Source of the DNA: an uncultured Nitrososphaerota archaeon
Lineage (GTDB): Archaea > Thermoproteota > EX4484-205 > JAAOZP01
Reading direction: 5' to 3'
Length of the DNA: 64,000 nt
Assembly (NCBI GenBank): GCA_964416155.1
Contig: CAYQCW010000007.1
Coordinates: 51,088-115,087, forward strand
Position numbers and translations under genes: made by a program
The notes under the pieces: generated by a model
The model's input: only the letters and a program-made list of their open reading frames with translations
Told to the model about the DNA's origin: nothing
The model's database searches: none
Part shown: positions 36,681 to 46,439 of the stretch, in pieces
How the letters are laid out: every line of letters begins with the position of its first letter
How positions within the stretch are numbered: position 1 is the stretch's first letter

Positions 36681-37194
36681 CATCCTTTTGAAGAAACTAG
36701 TAGAATCCTGGAGGATAAACAGGGAGAAGCAGGATTATCCTAGTCCCGACATAGATTCTTTAACGGAACTGCTATCGCTAATAAGAAGCGAGCTTCAACT
36801 GGTGGATAAGACTTCCATCAAGAGAGGAGTGTTGGAATGGTATTATGGTGCTGTTAAAAGTATTCTTGAAGACACTGTTAAAACACGCTTGATAAAAAGC
36901 CTGTTGTTAAACGTTAAAAGCTTGGAGAAAATGGCGAGACAGGATTTGAACAGCCTCTCAAAGTTTTTAACCGCAGCCCCCGAGGAATTCGACCTGAGAC
37001 GTTTCGTTTCCCAGCCCTTTAAAAATAGGGACAAGAAGGTCATAGCAATAGTTTTAAAGGATATTGATAGGTTCGTGGGGGAAGACGGGAGGGAATATGG
37101 GCCCTACCCAGTCGGATGCCTAGTTAACATGCCTTACTATGCAGCCAGGCTTCTGGAGGAGAAGGGCATAATAGAAGAAATCTTTATAACTTAA
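36667..37194 (+). CDS. GINS complex subunit (Gins15/51-like)
   Basis: Helical A domain plus B domain FVGEDGREYGPY..G.LVNMP; usual position between priS and rpl44e. Confidence 0.8.
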   Translation: MPEDSILLKKLVESWRINREKQDYPSPDIDSLTELLSLIRSELQLVDKTSIKRGVLEWYYGAVKSILEDTVKTRLIKSLLLNVKSLEKMARQDLNSLSKFLTAAPEEFDLRRFVSQPFKNRDKKVIAIVLKDIDRFVGEDGREYGPYPVGCLVNMPYYAARLLEEKGIIEEIFIT

Positions 37195-37214
37195 GGCTCC
37201 CAGCACGCAGATGC

Positions 37215-37493
37215 ATGAAGATTCCCAATAAGATAAACACGTACTGTCCTAAGTGCCGCCAGTATACTGAGCACTCTGTCAGCCTGCTGAAAACAGGCAG
37301 AAGGAGGAAGACGGCTGCTGGGGAAAGGCATCATGAACGGGTTGATAGACATGGCTACGGTGGGCAGAAGGCGCCTCTGGCGAAACCCGTTAAGACGACT
37401 AAAAAACAGACTTTAAAGCTGAAATGCTCGAAGTGCGGCTATGTTGTTCAGAAGAGAGGGATAAGAATTAAGAAGCTGGAGGTGGTTAGGTAA
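37215..37493 (+). CDS. rpl44e: 50S ribosomal protein eL42 (L44e)
   Basis: MKIP..INTYCPKC, GYGGQ and KTTKK..LKCSKCG motifs. Confidence 0.97.
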   Translation: MKIPNKINTYCPKCRQYTEHSVSLLKTGRRRKTAAGERHHERVDRHGYGGQKAPLAKPVKTTKKQTLKLKCSKCGYVVQKRGIRIKKLEVVR

Positions 37494-37494
37494 A

Positions 37495-37683
37495 ATGGAG
37501 AGTCTGCTGTTTAAGCCGAGGTCTCGTTTTCTGAAGGTTAAGTGCAGCCAGTGTGACAACAAGCAAATAGTTTTCGAAAAGCCTGCGTCAAACGTTAAGT
37601 GCAGGGTGTGCGGTAAAACAATAGTTAAAAGCACGGGTGGGAAAGGCAATGTTTTCGGCGAGATAATAGAGGTTTACAGTTAG
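37495..37683 (+). CDS. rps27e: 30S ribosomal protein eS27
   Basis: PRSRFLKVKC..C.NKQIVF..VKC..CG..TGGK. Confidence 0.97.
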   Translation: MESLLFKPRSRFLKVKCSQCDNKQIVFEKPASNVKCRVCGKTIVKSTGGKGNVFGEIIEVYS

Positions 37684-37684
37684 A

Positions 37685-38467
37685 ATGCCGGGGGAAACGG
37701 TTTCAGCGGGGGATCTGCTCGTCTGCAGGGTTAAGGAAATAACTGATTTCGGGCTGCTTCTTGAAAATGAGGATATTAAAGACAGAGAGGTTTTCCTCCA
37801 TGTTTCAGAGATCCCTAAGGAGAGAAGCGTGCAGGATTTTAAGATCGGTCAAATGATTACGGTGAAAGCAATAAAGATAAGCAGGACTGGTGAAAGAGTC
37901 TTCGTATCGCTGAAGCAGCTTAACAAGGCGGAAGCACGTTCAGCCATGAGGAAATGGAGGGCGGAGAAGAAGGCTTCAGAGATTTTTAACGAGGTTGCGA
38001 CAAGGTTTTCAATACCCAGCGATGTTTTAGAGGACACTAAGGATAAGCTTGTTGAGAAATACGGCAGCCTGACTGAGGCGCTTAGAATAGCAATCATGGA
38101 AGGGGAGAACACTTTAGCCAGAACGAAAATTAGCGGTGAGGCTAGGGATGCGATATATGAGCTTGCCGCCAGGGAGCTTATTAAAAAGAAGGTCAAGAAG
38201 AAAACGCTGGTGAGACTATACTTTATTGATAAACATGGTTTAAAAAAGTTGAAAACGGTTTTCGGAGAGATTGAAAAAATGAGGACTAAAGATGTTACGG
38301 TGGAGGTTAAGGTGATTGCTGCCCCAAGATACTCTATAACACTTTCCTCCAGCGAGCCCAAGAAGATTAAGAAATTGTCGGACGAGATCATGGTGAAGCT
38401 GGGTGAAATCGCGGCGAGAGAGGGAGGAATCCTGAAGACGCTTGAGCGAAAACCCGACTCTTTTTAA
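37685..38467 (+). CDS. eif2a: Translation initiation factor aIF2 alpha
   Basis: S1 domain (FLHVSEI, VSLK) and AAPRY motif; follows rps27e. Confidence 0.88.
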   Translation: MPGETVSAGDLLVCRVKEITDFGLLLENEDIKDREVFLHVSEIPKERSVQDFKIGQMITVKAIKISRTGERVFVSLKQLNKAEARSAMRKWRAEKKASEIFNEVATRFSIPSDVLEDTKDKLVEKYGSLTEALRIAIMEGENTLARTKISGEARDAIYELAARELIKKKVKKKTLVRLYFIDKHGLKKLKTVFGEIEKMRTKDVTVEVKVIAAPRYSITLSSSEPKKIKKLSDEIMVKLGEIAAREGGILKTLERKPDSF

Positions 38468-38473
38468 AGCATG

Positions 38474-38650
38474 CTAGCCGGACGCTTTCAAGGCTTCCAA
38501 AAGTGCTCTAGCCTTATACTCCAAGAAGGGGTCCTCCAGGGAGAACTTGGGAGGGTGGGGACTATGAGTATGAACCCCGCATTTTTTACAAACCTCTTCA
38601 AACATGTACCTCCTGCATCTTGGACATTTACGGAGTTTCTTAGCCGTCAT
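38474..38650 (-). CDS. nop10: H/ACA RNP subunit Nop10 (58 aa, not in the ORF track)
   Basis: MTAKKLRKCPRCRRYMFEEVCKKCGVHTHSPHPPKFSLEDPFLEYKAR...: zinc ribbon plus PHPPKFS.ED signature. Confidence 0.92.
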   Translation of the reverse strand: MTAKKLRKCPRCRRYMFEEVCKKCGVHTHSPHPPKFSLEDPFLEYKARALLEALKASG

Positions 38651-38792
38651 TATCGTTATCAGTCAAGAGAATGAACATTATAAGCGTTTTTAAAAGCCGT
38701 TTCGACGAATATGCGTGCTTTAACAGTAAATCCCATTTTTCTCTGGATACTCGCCAAGCTTTAGATTTATTAAGCGACTTTAAACAGAAATA

Positions 38793-39620
38793 GTGGGAAC
38801 GATGTCTGAGAAACAATGGACAAGAATTTATGTGAAAGACATGCCGCTTATGGAGACAAGGGTCTGGGTTAGGAGGAATATTAGAATTGTCAACCCGGTT
38901 GTCATAATAGGACTACCTGGGCTAGGCAGGATCGGCGGAATAATATCGAGGTACCTGATAAGGAAGCTTAATACGAGGCTTATAGGCATAATTACATCCC
39001 CGTATTTTAGTAATCAGGTGATAGTGGGTAAAAACGGTGTGGCAAGAATCACGGCAGTGAAAATATATAGGAGTGAGAGCAGGTTTAATGGGTCTGATCT
39101 CCTCGTAGTTACAGCTGACGAGCATTTGGAAAACATTTGGGGGGAGTATGATGTTGCGATGAAAATGCTTAAATTCCTAGTTAAGCGGGGCGTTAAGTTG
39201 ATAGTTACTACCGGAGGACATGTTTCCACCTCAGAATCCAGGAAGACGATAGGTTTCGCTAGCAACAAGCAACTTTTGAAAAAGCTTGAAGAAGCAGGTT
39301 GCAGGAAGGCTGAAATCGGAACCCCGGTCGTCGGATTGTCAGGGATAATCCTAGGATTAAGCAGCATAGTGGGAGTTGACGCTGTGTGTATACTGGGGGA
39401 AACAACCAGCATACGCCCAGACGCCGAGGGCTCCAGAGAAGTTTTAAACTTGTTGAACAGGTTCCTGAACCTTAAACTGGACATTGAAGACTTCCAGCGT
39501 GAAGAGGAGAGGATAAACGAGATAATAAGCAGGTATGAGAAGAAGGTTAGACAGCTGATGCAGGATGAGAAGGCACGTAGAATAGCTGAGTCCTTCAGGC
39601 TTCCGGATTATGTAAGCTGA
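38793..39620 (+). CDS. PAC2-family proteasome assembly chaperone-like protein
   Basis: IIGLPGLG.IG, TTGG, GLSG..LG and CILGET..PD motifs. Confidence 0.88.
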   Translation: MGTMSEKQWTRIYVKDMPLMETRVWVRRNIRIVNPVVIIGLPGLGRIGGIISRYLIRKLNTRLIGIITSPYFSNQVIVGKNGVARITAVKIYRSESRFNGSDLLVVTADEHLENIWGEYDVAMKMLKFLVKRGVKLIVTTGGHVSTSESRKTIGFASNKQLLKKLEEAGCRKAEIGTPVVGLSGIILGLSSIVGVDAVCILGETTSIRPDAEGSREVLNLLNRFLNLKLDIEDFQREEERINEIISRYEKKVRQLMQDEKARRIAESFRLPDYVS

Positions 39621-39628
39621 TTGATCCT

Positions 39629-42226
39629 TTAAGGTACTTCTATTCTTGCCTCGTATACGATGTATGAGAAAGCATAGCTGGTTATGTTGCCTTCCTTAAC
39701 GCCTTCAGCGAACTGCAGGAAGCCTGTTTCAATGCTTTCCACATCCTCAAGCAGTGGAAGGGTTTCAACCAGTGTCCCATTCACCATTATTTCAATGAGA
39801 GTACCCCTATAAGTAAGCCTGTATTCTCCTGGGGAAGTAGGGTAGGTCTTTTCGACCTCACTGTTCACCTTAACTATCAGGGAAGCATTCGCCTTCAAAA
39901 CTCTTGAAGCATTGTCTACTTCAGCCATGCCCTCTGTAACGTAAACATTCTTAATGTTAACCACCATGCTAACGCCGGGTATTAGCGGCAAGGAATAGAG
40001 CTTCGAAGAGTTTCTTAGAGCTACGCTCGGGGATGAGCCTAAGACCAGTGATTCCTCCCCGTAGGACGCGTTGTAATTCACCTTGTACACTGATACAAAT
40101 CCGTAAGTTGGTGAGAGGAAGACCAGCTCGTAGAACGGGGAGGTGGAGAGCTGGAATTTTTCAACCGGGTAAATCCCCATCATCTTAAGACCCTGCATGT
40201 ATGCGTTAACCATGAGCCTCGTAAGGACCGAGTCTCCCCTAGGCAGAACTACGCCCGTCGGAAGATACTTCACGTTATATCCTGAAACCAAGTTAGTGTT
40301 CTGCATTTCTTGAGTGAGGTTTAAGTCAGCATATCCTCCTTTCCTATAGTCGTTGGAGATCCACGCGTAGCTAGCGTTCACAGGTTTTAAATCATACCCT
40401 ATGGCAGCCATCCATGTCCATTTAGCCTCATCCCCCCATGTTCCAATATACCAGTGAAATGGAAGCGTCGTGAAAACAACGATGTAGGAAACATTGTATT
40501 TTTTCAACATGGGTATTGCAACAGTATCATTGGACATGAATATTCTTCCGACAACCGCCACCTGTGTAGAATTTATCGTCGCGTTATCTATCAGGGTCGG
40601 CCTCTTACCCAGGGAGGTAATCCAGTAGCCATAGTCCCACCATGAAAGGATTACTGACCCTGGAGGAGTATTATACCGTATCCATGTTAACGCCTCAATC
40701 CAGTCTGGGAAGGAGCCTGGATACGGGATTGAAGACGTGGGAAGGGATGCGCCGCCCTCCTGCTGCATGTGGGCAATACCCGTGTTAATACCATGGTAAC
40801 CCATGTAAAGTATTAAGACGGATGTAAATATCACTCCAAGAATGCTTCTTCTGCCGGGTGTAGCGACTCTCCTGCCCATCCTAATCCTTTCGGAAACCGC
40901 AGGGTAGGATAGGCTTATGAGCGACGAGCAGCCTATTGCAGCTATGAGCGAGACAAATGGGGAGAACACTAGGCCGATTCTCACCATCATGTTCGCAAAG
41001 TAGAGCGAGCTCAACCCTGCCGATATTATGAAAAGCCTGCTAAGCCTGTCTCCACGTAAGATGCTTAAAACTGTTCCAATCATAAATAATAGCAGTAGGA
41101 GACCGTGGTCTAGGAAAAGAGAATACCATGTGCTCATCTTGTGTTCAGCCACGGATTCAACTATGGGCTGCTCGAAACGGGCTGAGGGATTTATCACGGC
41201 CATGAGCTTGCCTAGAAGAGAGGAAAATAGTCCGGTGTTGAAGAGCAGTATGGTGACAGATAGACCGATTGCGATGAAGCCTGTTAGAACAGGGAGTGTC
41301 AGCGACGACTCCACTTTTTTAAGGTGTTTCATTAAGAGTATGATTACAAAGCCTACGATTACCGCAATATAGTATATTGAGTAAATAGCGCTCTCCCCTG
41401 GTCTCGGAAACTGGACTGCAATAAGCATTGAGAGACCCATTGTTATTGTGAACGAGATTAACGTTCTTTCCGTTGAACCAACATCTAGGAAAAGCGCTAC
41501 GAGTGTTGAAAACAATGTAACAAGCCCAATCATGTAAACGTAGGCAGTCCAAGAAATGCAGAGGTAGCCTAGAACCAAGCCCGACATCACGGAGAATATT
41601 ACTACCTTGGTTAAAGCCTCTGATTTGACTGATTTAAAATAGAGGTATGTGGAGACCGCTATTAGCGGTATGCCTAGGCTCTCATGCTTGAAAAACCCCA
41701 TGTGTGTCCTGTCGATGAAGCTTCCGTTAAAAGCTAGGAATAACATCGCGAGCAGACCAACCCAGTCGTCGCCAGAAATCTCCTTTCCCATGAAGAATAT
41801 GGTGACGACTGCCAGCACCGATACGAAAGGCGGGAAGATTATTGCAACATCCATCAGGGATAGTGAAACACCCAGAATGTTAAGGAAAGCGTGGATGGCG
41901 ACCGCCGCCAGAGGGAGGCCAATGGGTGTGGATGCTGCAGCAGCCCTGCCGTAAGGATACCAGCTTAAAGGGTCAATCCATTCTAAGAAGGCGGCGACAC
42001 CTTTCTCCATTATGTATTCTGCGCTGCGGTAATGCCAGAATGGGTCGAACTCTCCCAAGTAGAAACCGAGGGGAAGGTTGTGGAACCTTATAGCTATAGA
42101 CATGAGTATGATTGTGATAAACATGGATGTTTTAACATAGGATTCAAGGCTAATGCTTGGCCTGAATCTCGAGGCTTTTCCAAAGATGTCTCTGACCCTC
42201 ATCATTTTTACCCGTCTACCTTTCAT
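39629..42226 (-). CDS. aglB: Oligosaccharyltransferase catalytic subunit AglB/STT3
   Basis: EFDPFWH, SVAEH, WWDYG and DNAT motifs; about 13 TM helices. Confidence 0.96.
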   Translation of the reverse strand: MKGRRVKMMRVRDIFGKASRFRPSISLESYVKTSMFITIILMSIAIRFHNLPLGFYLGEFDPFWHYRSAEYIMEKGVAAFLEWIDPLSWYPYGRAAAASTPIGLPLAAVAIHAFLNILGVSLSLMDVAIIFPPFVSVLAVVTIFFMGKEISGDDWVGLLAMLFLAFNGSFIDRTHMGFFKHESLGIPLIAVSTYLYFKSVKSEALTKVVIFSVMSGLVLGYLCISWTAYVYMIGLVTLFSTLVALFLDVGSTERTLISFTITMGLSMLIAVQFPRPGESAIYSIYYIAVIVGFVIILLMKHLKKVESSLTLPVLTGFIAIGLSVTILLFNTGLFSSLLGKLMAVINPSARFEQPIVESVAEHKMSTWYSLFLDHGLLLLLFMIGTVLSILRGDRLSRLFIISAGLSSLYFANMMVRIGLVFSPFVSLIAAIGCSSLISLSYPAVSERIRMGRRVATPGRRSILGVIFTSVLILYMGYHGINTGIAHMQQEGGASLPTSSIPYPGSFPDWIEALTWIRYNTPPGSVILSWWDYGYWITSLGKRPTLIDNATINSTQVAVVGRIFMSNDTVAIPMLKKYNVSYIVVFTTLPFHWYIGTWGDEAKWTWMAAIGYDLKPVNASYAWISNDYRKGGYADLNLTQEMQNTNLVSGYNVKYLPTGVVLPRGDSVLTRLMVNAYMQGLKMMGIYPVEKFQLSTSPFYELVFLSPTYGFVSVYKVNYNASYGEESLVLGSSPSVALRNSSKLYSLPLIPGVSMVVNIKNVYVTEGMAEVDNASRVLKANASLIVKVNSEVEKTYPTSPGEYRLTYRGTLIEIMVNGTLVETLPLLEDVESIETGFLQFAEGVKEGNITSYAFSYIVYEARIEVP

Positions 42227-42331
42227 TCTTGGCCTAGGAAGGAGATATAAAAATCTATTTTAAACGTGAAAAAATTTAAAAAAGCGAAGCGTCAAAAACA
42301 ATTTAAACATCGGTCTACGGGAGAAGAAGCC

Positions 42332-44434
42332 TTGTCTAAGTATCTAATAATAGCTGAAAAGCCGGAGGCAGCAAGAAGGATTTCCGAGGCTTTAGACTCC
42401 GGTTCGAAGCCCCGTAGAATAGGCAGAGTCGTGCCTTCGTTCCTAGTTAGAAACGGGGATTCGGAGATACTGGTTACAACAGCCCTAGGCCACCTGTATG
42501 AGCTGATGACTAGAAGCCGGAATAGGCTGGCTTACCCTGTCTTCGACTACGAGTGGGTTCCGAAGCATCTAGTCGAGAAGAACAGGAAGCTTGAGAAATG
42601 GCTTGAGGAGATGAGCAGCATGAGTGACGGTGTGGACTACTATGTTAATGCGTGCGACTACGATATTGAAGGGAGTCTAATAGGATATAATATTCTAAGG
42701 TTCCTCTACAAGGTGTCTGAGGAGGGGAATAGGGTTTTCAGGATGAAGCTTTCAACATTGACGAAGAAGGAGATTCAGGAGGCTTTTCGAAAAATGAAGC
42801 CTGGTTTAGACATGGGGCTTGCGAAAGCAGGCGAGACCCGCCACATAGTTGACTTTCTCTATGGGATAAATCTATCCAGGGCTTTAACAAGGTCTGTGAC
42901 GCGTTTTGTAAGAACACCCTATGTTCTCAGCGTTGGCAGAGTTCAAACGCCGACTTTAAACCTGCTTGTTGAGAGAGAGATCGCCATAGAAACCTTCATC
43001 CCAACTCCCTACTGGGTTTTAAAAGCAGAGGTCATAATCAACGGTAAGACCTATGAGGCTACGTGCGAGCGGGACAGGGTGAACAGTCTTTCTGAAGCGA
43101 GGAGAATCGTTGAGCACGCGGATTCTGAGCAAGCCTTGGTTGAGAAGGTTGAGAGGAAGACTGAGAAGGTAAGTGTCCCTGAGCCGTTTGACTTGACAAA
43201 TCTCCAAAGAGAGGCTTACAGCTTTTTCGGCTTCACTCCTTCAAGAACGCTCAGCATAGCTGAAACGCTTTACCTGAATGCTTTAATCTCATACCCTAGA
43301 ACATCCTCGCAGAAACTGCCTCCGGACATAGGTTACAGGGAAATACTTGAAAAGCTTTCGGAGAACCCTGCTTACTCTAAAACTGTTGGAAAAATACTTT
43401 CTAAGCAGGTTTTAACGCCTAGGCAGGGTGAGAAGGATGATCCGGCGCATCCCGCCATCTACCCCACGGGGGAGCAGAAACCGGGGTTGAGCACCGACCA
43501 GCTTAAGATACTTGACTTAGTGACTAGGCGATTCCTAGCGGCTTTCGACGAGGATGCGGAGAAGGCTGTTTGCAGAGTCTCTTTGAAACTTGGTAGTGAA
43601 AGATTCATCCTTAGGGGCAGCGAGATCGTTAAGAAAGGATGGTTGGAAGTATACTCGCCCTATTATACTCCTGAGGAGAGGATAATACCTCCGTTTAAAG
43701 AGGGGGAATGCTTGACTGTTCGAAGGATTATTTCTGAGGAAAGATTTACCAATCCTCCACACCGCTATAATCCAGCGTCCCTCGTGAGGGAGATGGAGAG
43801 GCTGGGAATAGGAACCAAGGCGACTCGAGCGGAGATAGTGGAAACGCTCTATAAGAGGGGCTATATAGCGGGCAGGTCCATAGTTGTAGCCGACTTAGGG
43901 TTTAGCCTAGTCTCTGCTTTAAACAGGTTTTCACCAAAGATTCTTTCAGTCGACATGACTAGAGAGGTTGAGGTCAATATGGAGAAGATAGAGAGGGGGC
44001 TTGTTGAAGAGGAGAAGGTTATAAGCGTGGCGAAGGCCGAGTTGACTGAAATACTCAGAGAAGTGGAGGCCAACGAGGAGTATATTGGGAAACATCTTTC
44101 AGGCTCAATAATATCAATACTGAGAGGAAAGAACACTATTGGAAAATGCCCCTTATGTAAAGAAGGAGAGCTTAGGATGATAGTTTCAAAGAAGACTGGT
44201 AAAAGATTTGGAATATGTACAAACGTTTTTGAGAAGAAATGCAGCCTCACAGTACCTTTGCCGCAGAATCCTAACAGGGTTTACGCTACTAAGAGAGGTT
44301 GCAAGACCTGCGGATGGCCTGTAGTAAGGGTTGTTACCCAGGGGAGACCTTGGCTCCTATGCGTCAACCCTTCCTGCTCGAGTAAGAAAGATCGCCTAGG
44401 AAAAACTGGAGCAGACCGCGGTTTGAAAGCATGA
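42332..44434 (+). CDS. topA: Type IA DNA topoisomerase
   Basis: IIAEKP, ACDYDIEG, SVGRVQTPTL, ISYPRT and GIGTKATR motifs; C-terminal zinc ribbons; TTG start at 42332. Confidence 0.96.
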   Translation: MSKYLIIAEKPEAARRISEALDSGSKPRRIGRVVPSFLVRNGDSEILVTTALGHLYELMTRSRNRLAYPVFDYEWVPKHLVEKNRKLEKWLEEMSSMSDGVDYYVNACDYDIEGSLIGYNILRFLYKVSEEGNRVFRMKLSTLTKKEIQEAFRKMKPGLDMGLAKAGETRHIVDFLYGINLSRALTRSVTRFVRTPYVLSVGRVQTPTLNLLVEREIAIETFIPTPYWVLKAEVIINGKTYEATCERDRVNSLSEARRIVEHADSEQALVEKVERKTEKVSVPEPFDLTNLQREAYSFFGFTPSRTLSIAETLYLNALISYPRTSSQKLPPDIGYREILEKLSENPAYSKTVGKILSKQVLTPRQGEKDDPAHPAIYPTGEQKPGLSTDQLKILDLVTRRFLAAFDEDAEKAVCRVSLKLGSERFILRGSEIVKKGWLEVYSPYYTPEERIIPPFKEGECLTVRRIISEERFTNPPHRYNPASLVREMERLGIGTKATRAEIVETLYKRGYIAGRSIVVADLGFSLVSALNRFSPKILSVDMTREVEVNMEKIERGLVEEEKVISVAKAELTEILREVEANEEYIGKHLSGSIISILRGKNTIGKCPLCKEGELRMIVSKKTGKRFGICTNVFEKKCSLTVPLPQNPNRVYATKRGCKTCGWPVVRVVTQGRPWLLCVNPSCSSKKDRLGKTGADRGLKA

Positions 44435-44651
44435 CGCGCACAACCTCCTTAACCCATTTACCCGTATAATCATTGTTCTCCAGCCTTCTGAGAAACTCCT
44501 CTGGCGTTAAATCACCATAGGCGTTCCTCCAGTTTTCATAGTTCTCAACGATATTTCTATACGCTTCCAAGTGAAGCCTGCAGAAAGACACTTTAGACCC
44601 TGTTTCAACGTCTCTCTCACAAACTATGCATTTCTCAGAACTGGTTCTCAT
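44364..44651 (-). CDS. Small conserved hypothetical protein (CxxC..CxxH)
   Basis: CIVC..FCRLH..W..AYG..TGKWVKEV pattern. Confidence 0.7.
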   Translation of the reverse strand: MRTSSEKCIVCERDVETGSKVSFCRLHLEAYRNIVENYENWRNAYGDLTPEEFLRRLENNDYTGKWVKEVVRVMLSNRGLLQFFLGDLSYSSRKG

Positions 44652-44744
44652 CAGGGCTCCCCCCTCCCCCCAGCTGTTTAAAAATCTTTTAAAAGATTAA
44701 AAGGAAATGCTTAAATCACTATTTCACGCCAAGAACCCAGGCAT

Positions 44745-45191
44745 ATGAACCCATTACTGCTGCCGGAATACTTGATGGAGAAAATAAAGAAGTGGAGCGA
44801 GAAGGCTGGTGTAGCCCGTAGAGAAGAATTTGTAAACATGCTCATCCTGATAGGTTTAATCGTCGCCATAGGAGTGTTCCTGTCGGGAGCAACCTATGTG
44901 ATCACTTACTTTCAGGCGGTTCCATGGATGATAGATTTATCGCCCTATGGCTACGGTGTATACTTCTACATCCCCAGGGCATTGGGCGACTATCTTTCAC
45001 AAACAGGCTTAGAGATGATTTACGTACTTATCTCTTATCTTTTTGCAGGCATAGGAACGATTCTACTGGTCAGAGGGTCAAGAACTGTTTCCCAGAGGAA
45101 CACGATAATAATATTTGGAATAATCCTCTTAACAATATCTCTGCTGATGATAGTGGGGCTTGACTATCTTAAGACATCCGCCTTAAGGTAG
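44745..45191 (+). CDS. OSTC/DC2 (OST3/OST6-family)-like 3-TM protein
   Basis: 148 aa, 3 TM; FLSGATYVI..P..QTGLE..GIGTILLVR..FGIILLTISL..K parallels eukaryotic DC2/OSTC. Confidence 0.65.
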   Translation: MNPLLLPEYLMEKIKKWSEKAGVARREEFVNMLILIGLIVAIGVFLSGATYVITYFQAVPWMIDLSPYGYGVYFYIPRALGDYLSQTGLEMIYVLISYLFAGIGTILLVRGSRTVSQRNTIIIFGIILLTISLLMIVGLDYLKTSALR

Positions 45192-45205
45192 ATGTGATAC
45201 AGGCC

Positions 45206-45697
45206 TCACCACGGTACCTTCTTTATTTTAAGAAGGAAGGCTGATAAGTTTGAAACCAAGTGGACCGCCGGTGTTAAAGCCATGATTATTATTATTGCAC
45301 GTGGATCCAAATAATTCCAAGGCTGCGACAAGAGTGTTGCACCAAGCATAAAGTCGAACTGGTCGAGAACAGGTGCAGGATCACCCGGTTTTATTGAAAG
45401 CCTTCTTTTAATGAAAGCCCCCGTCAGATCTCCTAGTAATGCTCCAAGACTCGTTAGAAAAGACGCTACGGCTGGATTGCCAGCAATGCTTCCCGTAAGA
45501 GTCCCGATGACTAGACCGAGGAAGAACCCCCTGAAAGTTTTACCACTTCCAAAGATCGGCCTACCATCTATGAAAACTCTTCCAAAGTCTATTTGCCTCC
45601 TGCCCCTGAACAGGAGAGCGGAAGCGTTGGCAGCATAGGCTGAAGAATAGAAAATCAACCCCCTGATCCCTAGTTCAAACATTTCTTGGACAAGCAT
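45206..45697 (-). CDS. carS: CDP-archaeol synthase
   Basis: AYAAN, IDFG..DGRPIFG.GKTFRG, GDL.GAFIKRRL, LDQFDF and KKVPW motifs. Confidence 0.95.
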   Translation of the reverse strand: MLVQEMFELGIRGLIFYSSAYAANASALLFRGRRQIDFGRVFIDGRPIFGSGKTFRGFFLGLVIGTLTGSIAGNPAVASFLTSLGALLGDLTGAFIKRRLSIKPGDPAPVLDQFDFMLGATLLSQPWNYLDPRAIIIIMALTPAVHLVSNLSAFLLKIKKVPW

Positions 45698-46346
45698 TCT
45701 CGTTGCACTCCAATACTTCACCGGCCTCTTTAAATCCTTCTGGAGAAATGCAAAGTCTAGTTTTAACCCCGGTTTTTCCAGTTAACTCCATAAGCGTCCC
45801 GCCAAAGCTGCATCTACGCAGCTCCAAGAAGTAATCCACCCAGTAGAGAAAGATTCTTTTCGCCGGAATGCTGGCCGAACCGTTCAGTCCTTCGGCTGGA
45901 CCAATAAGAATCCCGGTGCAACCATATTTTTTTGAGAGGAATGAGAAGAAAGCAAGAATCTTGTTTAGAAGATAAAGGATGTTAGAATGGGAGGAAGAGC
46001 AATGCAACGATATTTCGCGAAGATATGCGTCCGGCAGGGAGCCCGCTATGAGAAGCTTAAAAGAACTCCTGTTAAGAAGCATAATCTCGGATTTTTCAAG
46101 CGCCTTATCAAGCTCCACAAGGCTTTCAAACCTGGAAAAAATAATCCTAGAGAGATCTTGGGGGCTGAGAGAATACGCTTCTTTAACCATTGTTCTAGTG
46201 TTAAAACCGTCTAAGAAGAGCAGTGTAGAATCCTTATTCAACCTAATAAGGCTGAGTACGAATGGAAAAACTCTGGAGTACTCGCCGTAGAGAAGAATCG
46301 TCTTCCCGCTCAGGCTTACGGCTACTTCTTCAAACCGCATATTCAA
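45675..46346 (-). CDS. Degenerate RecA/RadB-fold protein
   Basis: Topology ILLYG / LFLDG / IIFSR / LLIA.SL matches RadB-like proteins, but the Walker A GKT is absent. Confidence 0.55.
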   Translation of the reverse strand: MNMRFEEVAVSLSGKTILLYGEYSRVFPFVLSLIRLNKDSTLLFLDGFNTRTMVKEAYSLSPQDLSRIIFSRFESLVELDKALEKSEIMLLNRSSFKLLIAGSLPDAYLREISLHCSSSHSNILYLLNKILAFFSFLSKKYGCTGILIGPAEGLNGSASIPAKRIFLYWVDYFLELRRCSFGGTLMELTGKTGVKTRLCISPEGFKEAGEVLECNENACPRNV

Positions 46347-46439
46347 CCTTTTACCTTAACATGTTGTTTTCAACGTATTAAACTCTTTTCCAATCCTTTA
46401 GGCAACATTTTAATCAGTATGGTTTATCATAGAACCAGC

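Noticed and set aside
38580-38590. Suspected frameshift in the nop10 homopolymer
   Set aside because: The run has six T, so the frame is intact (CKKCG)
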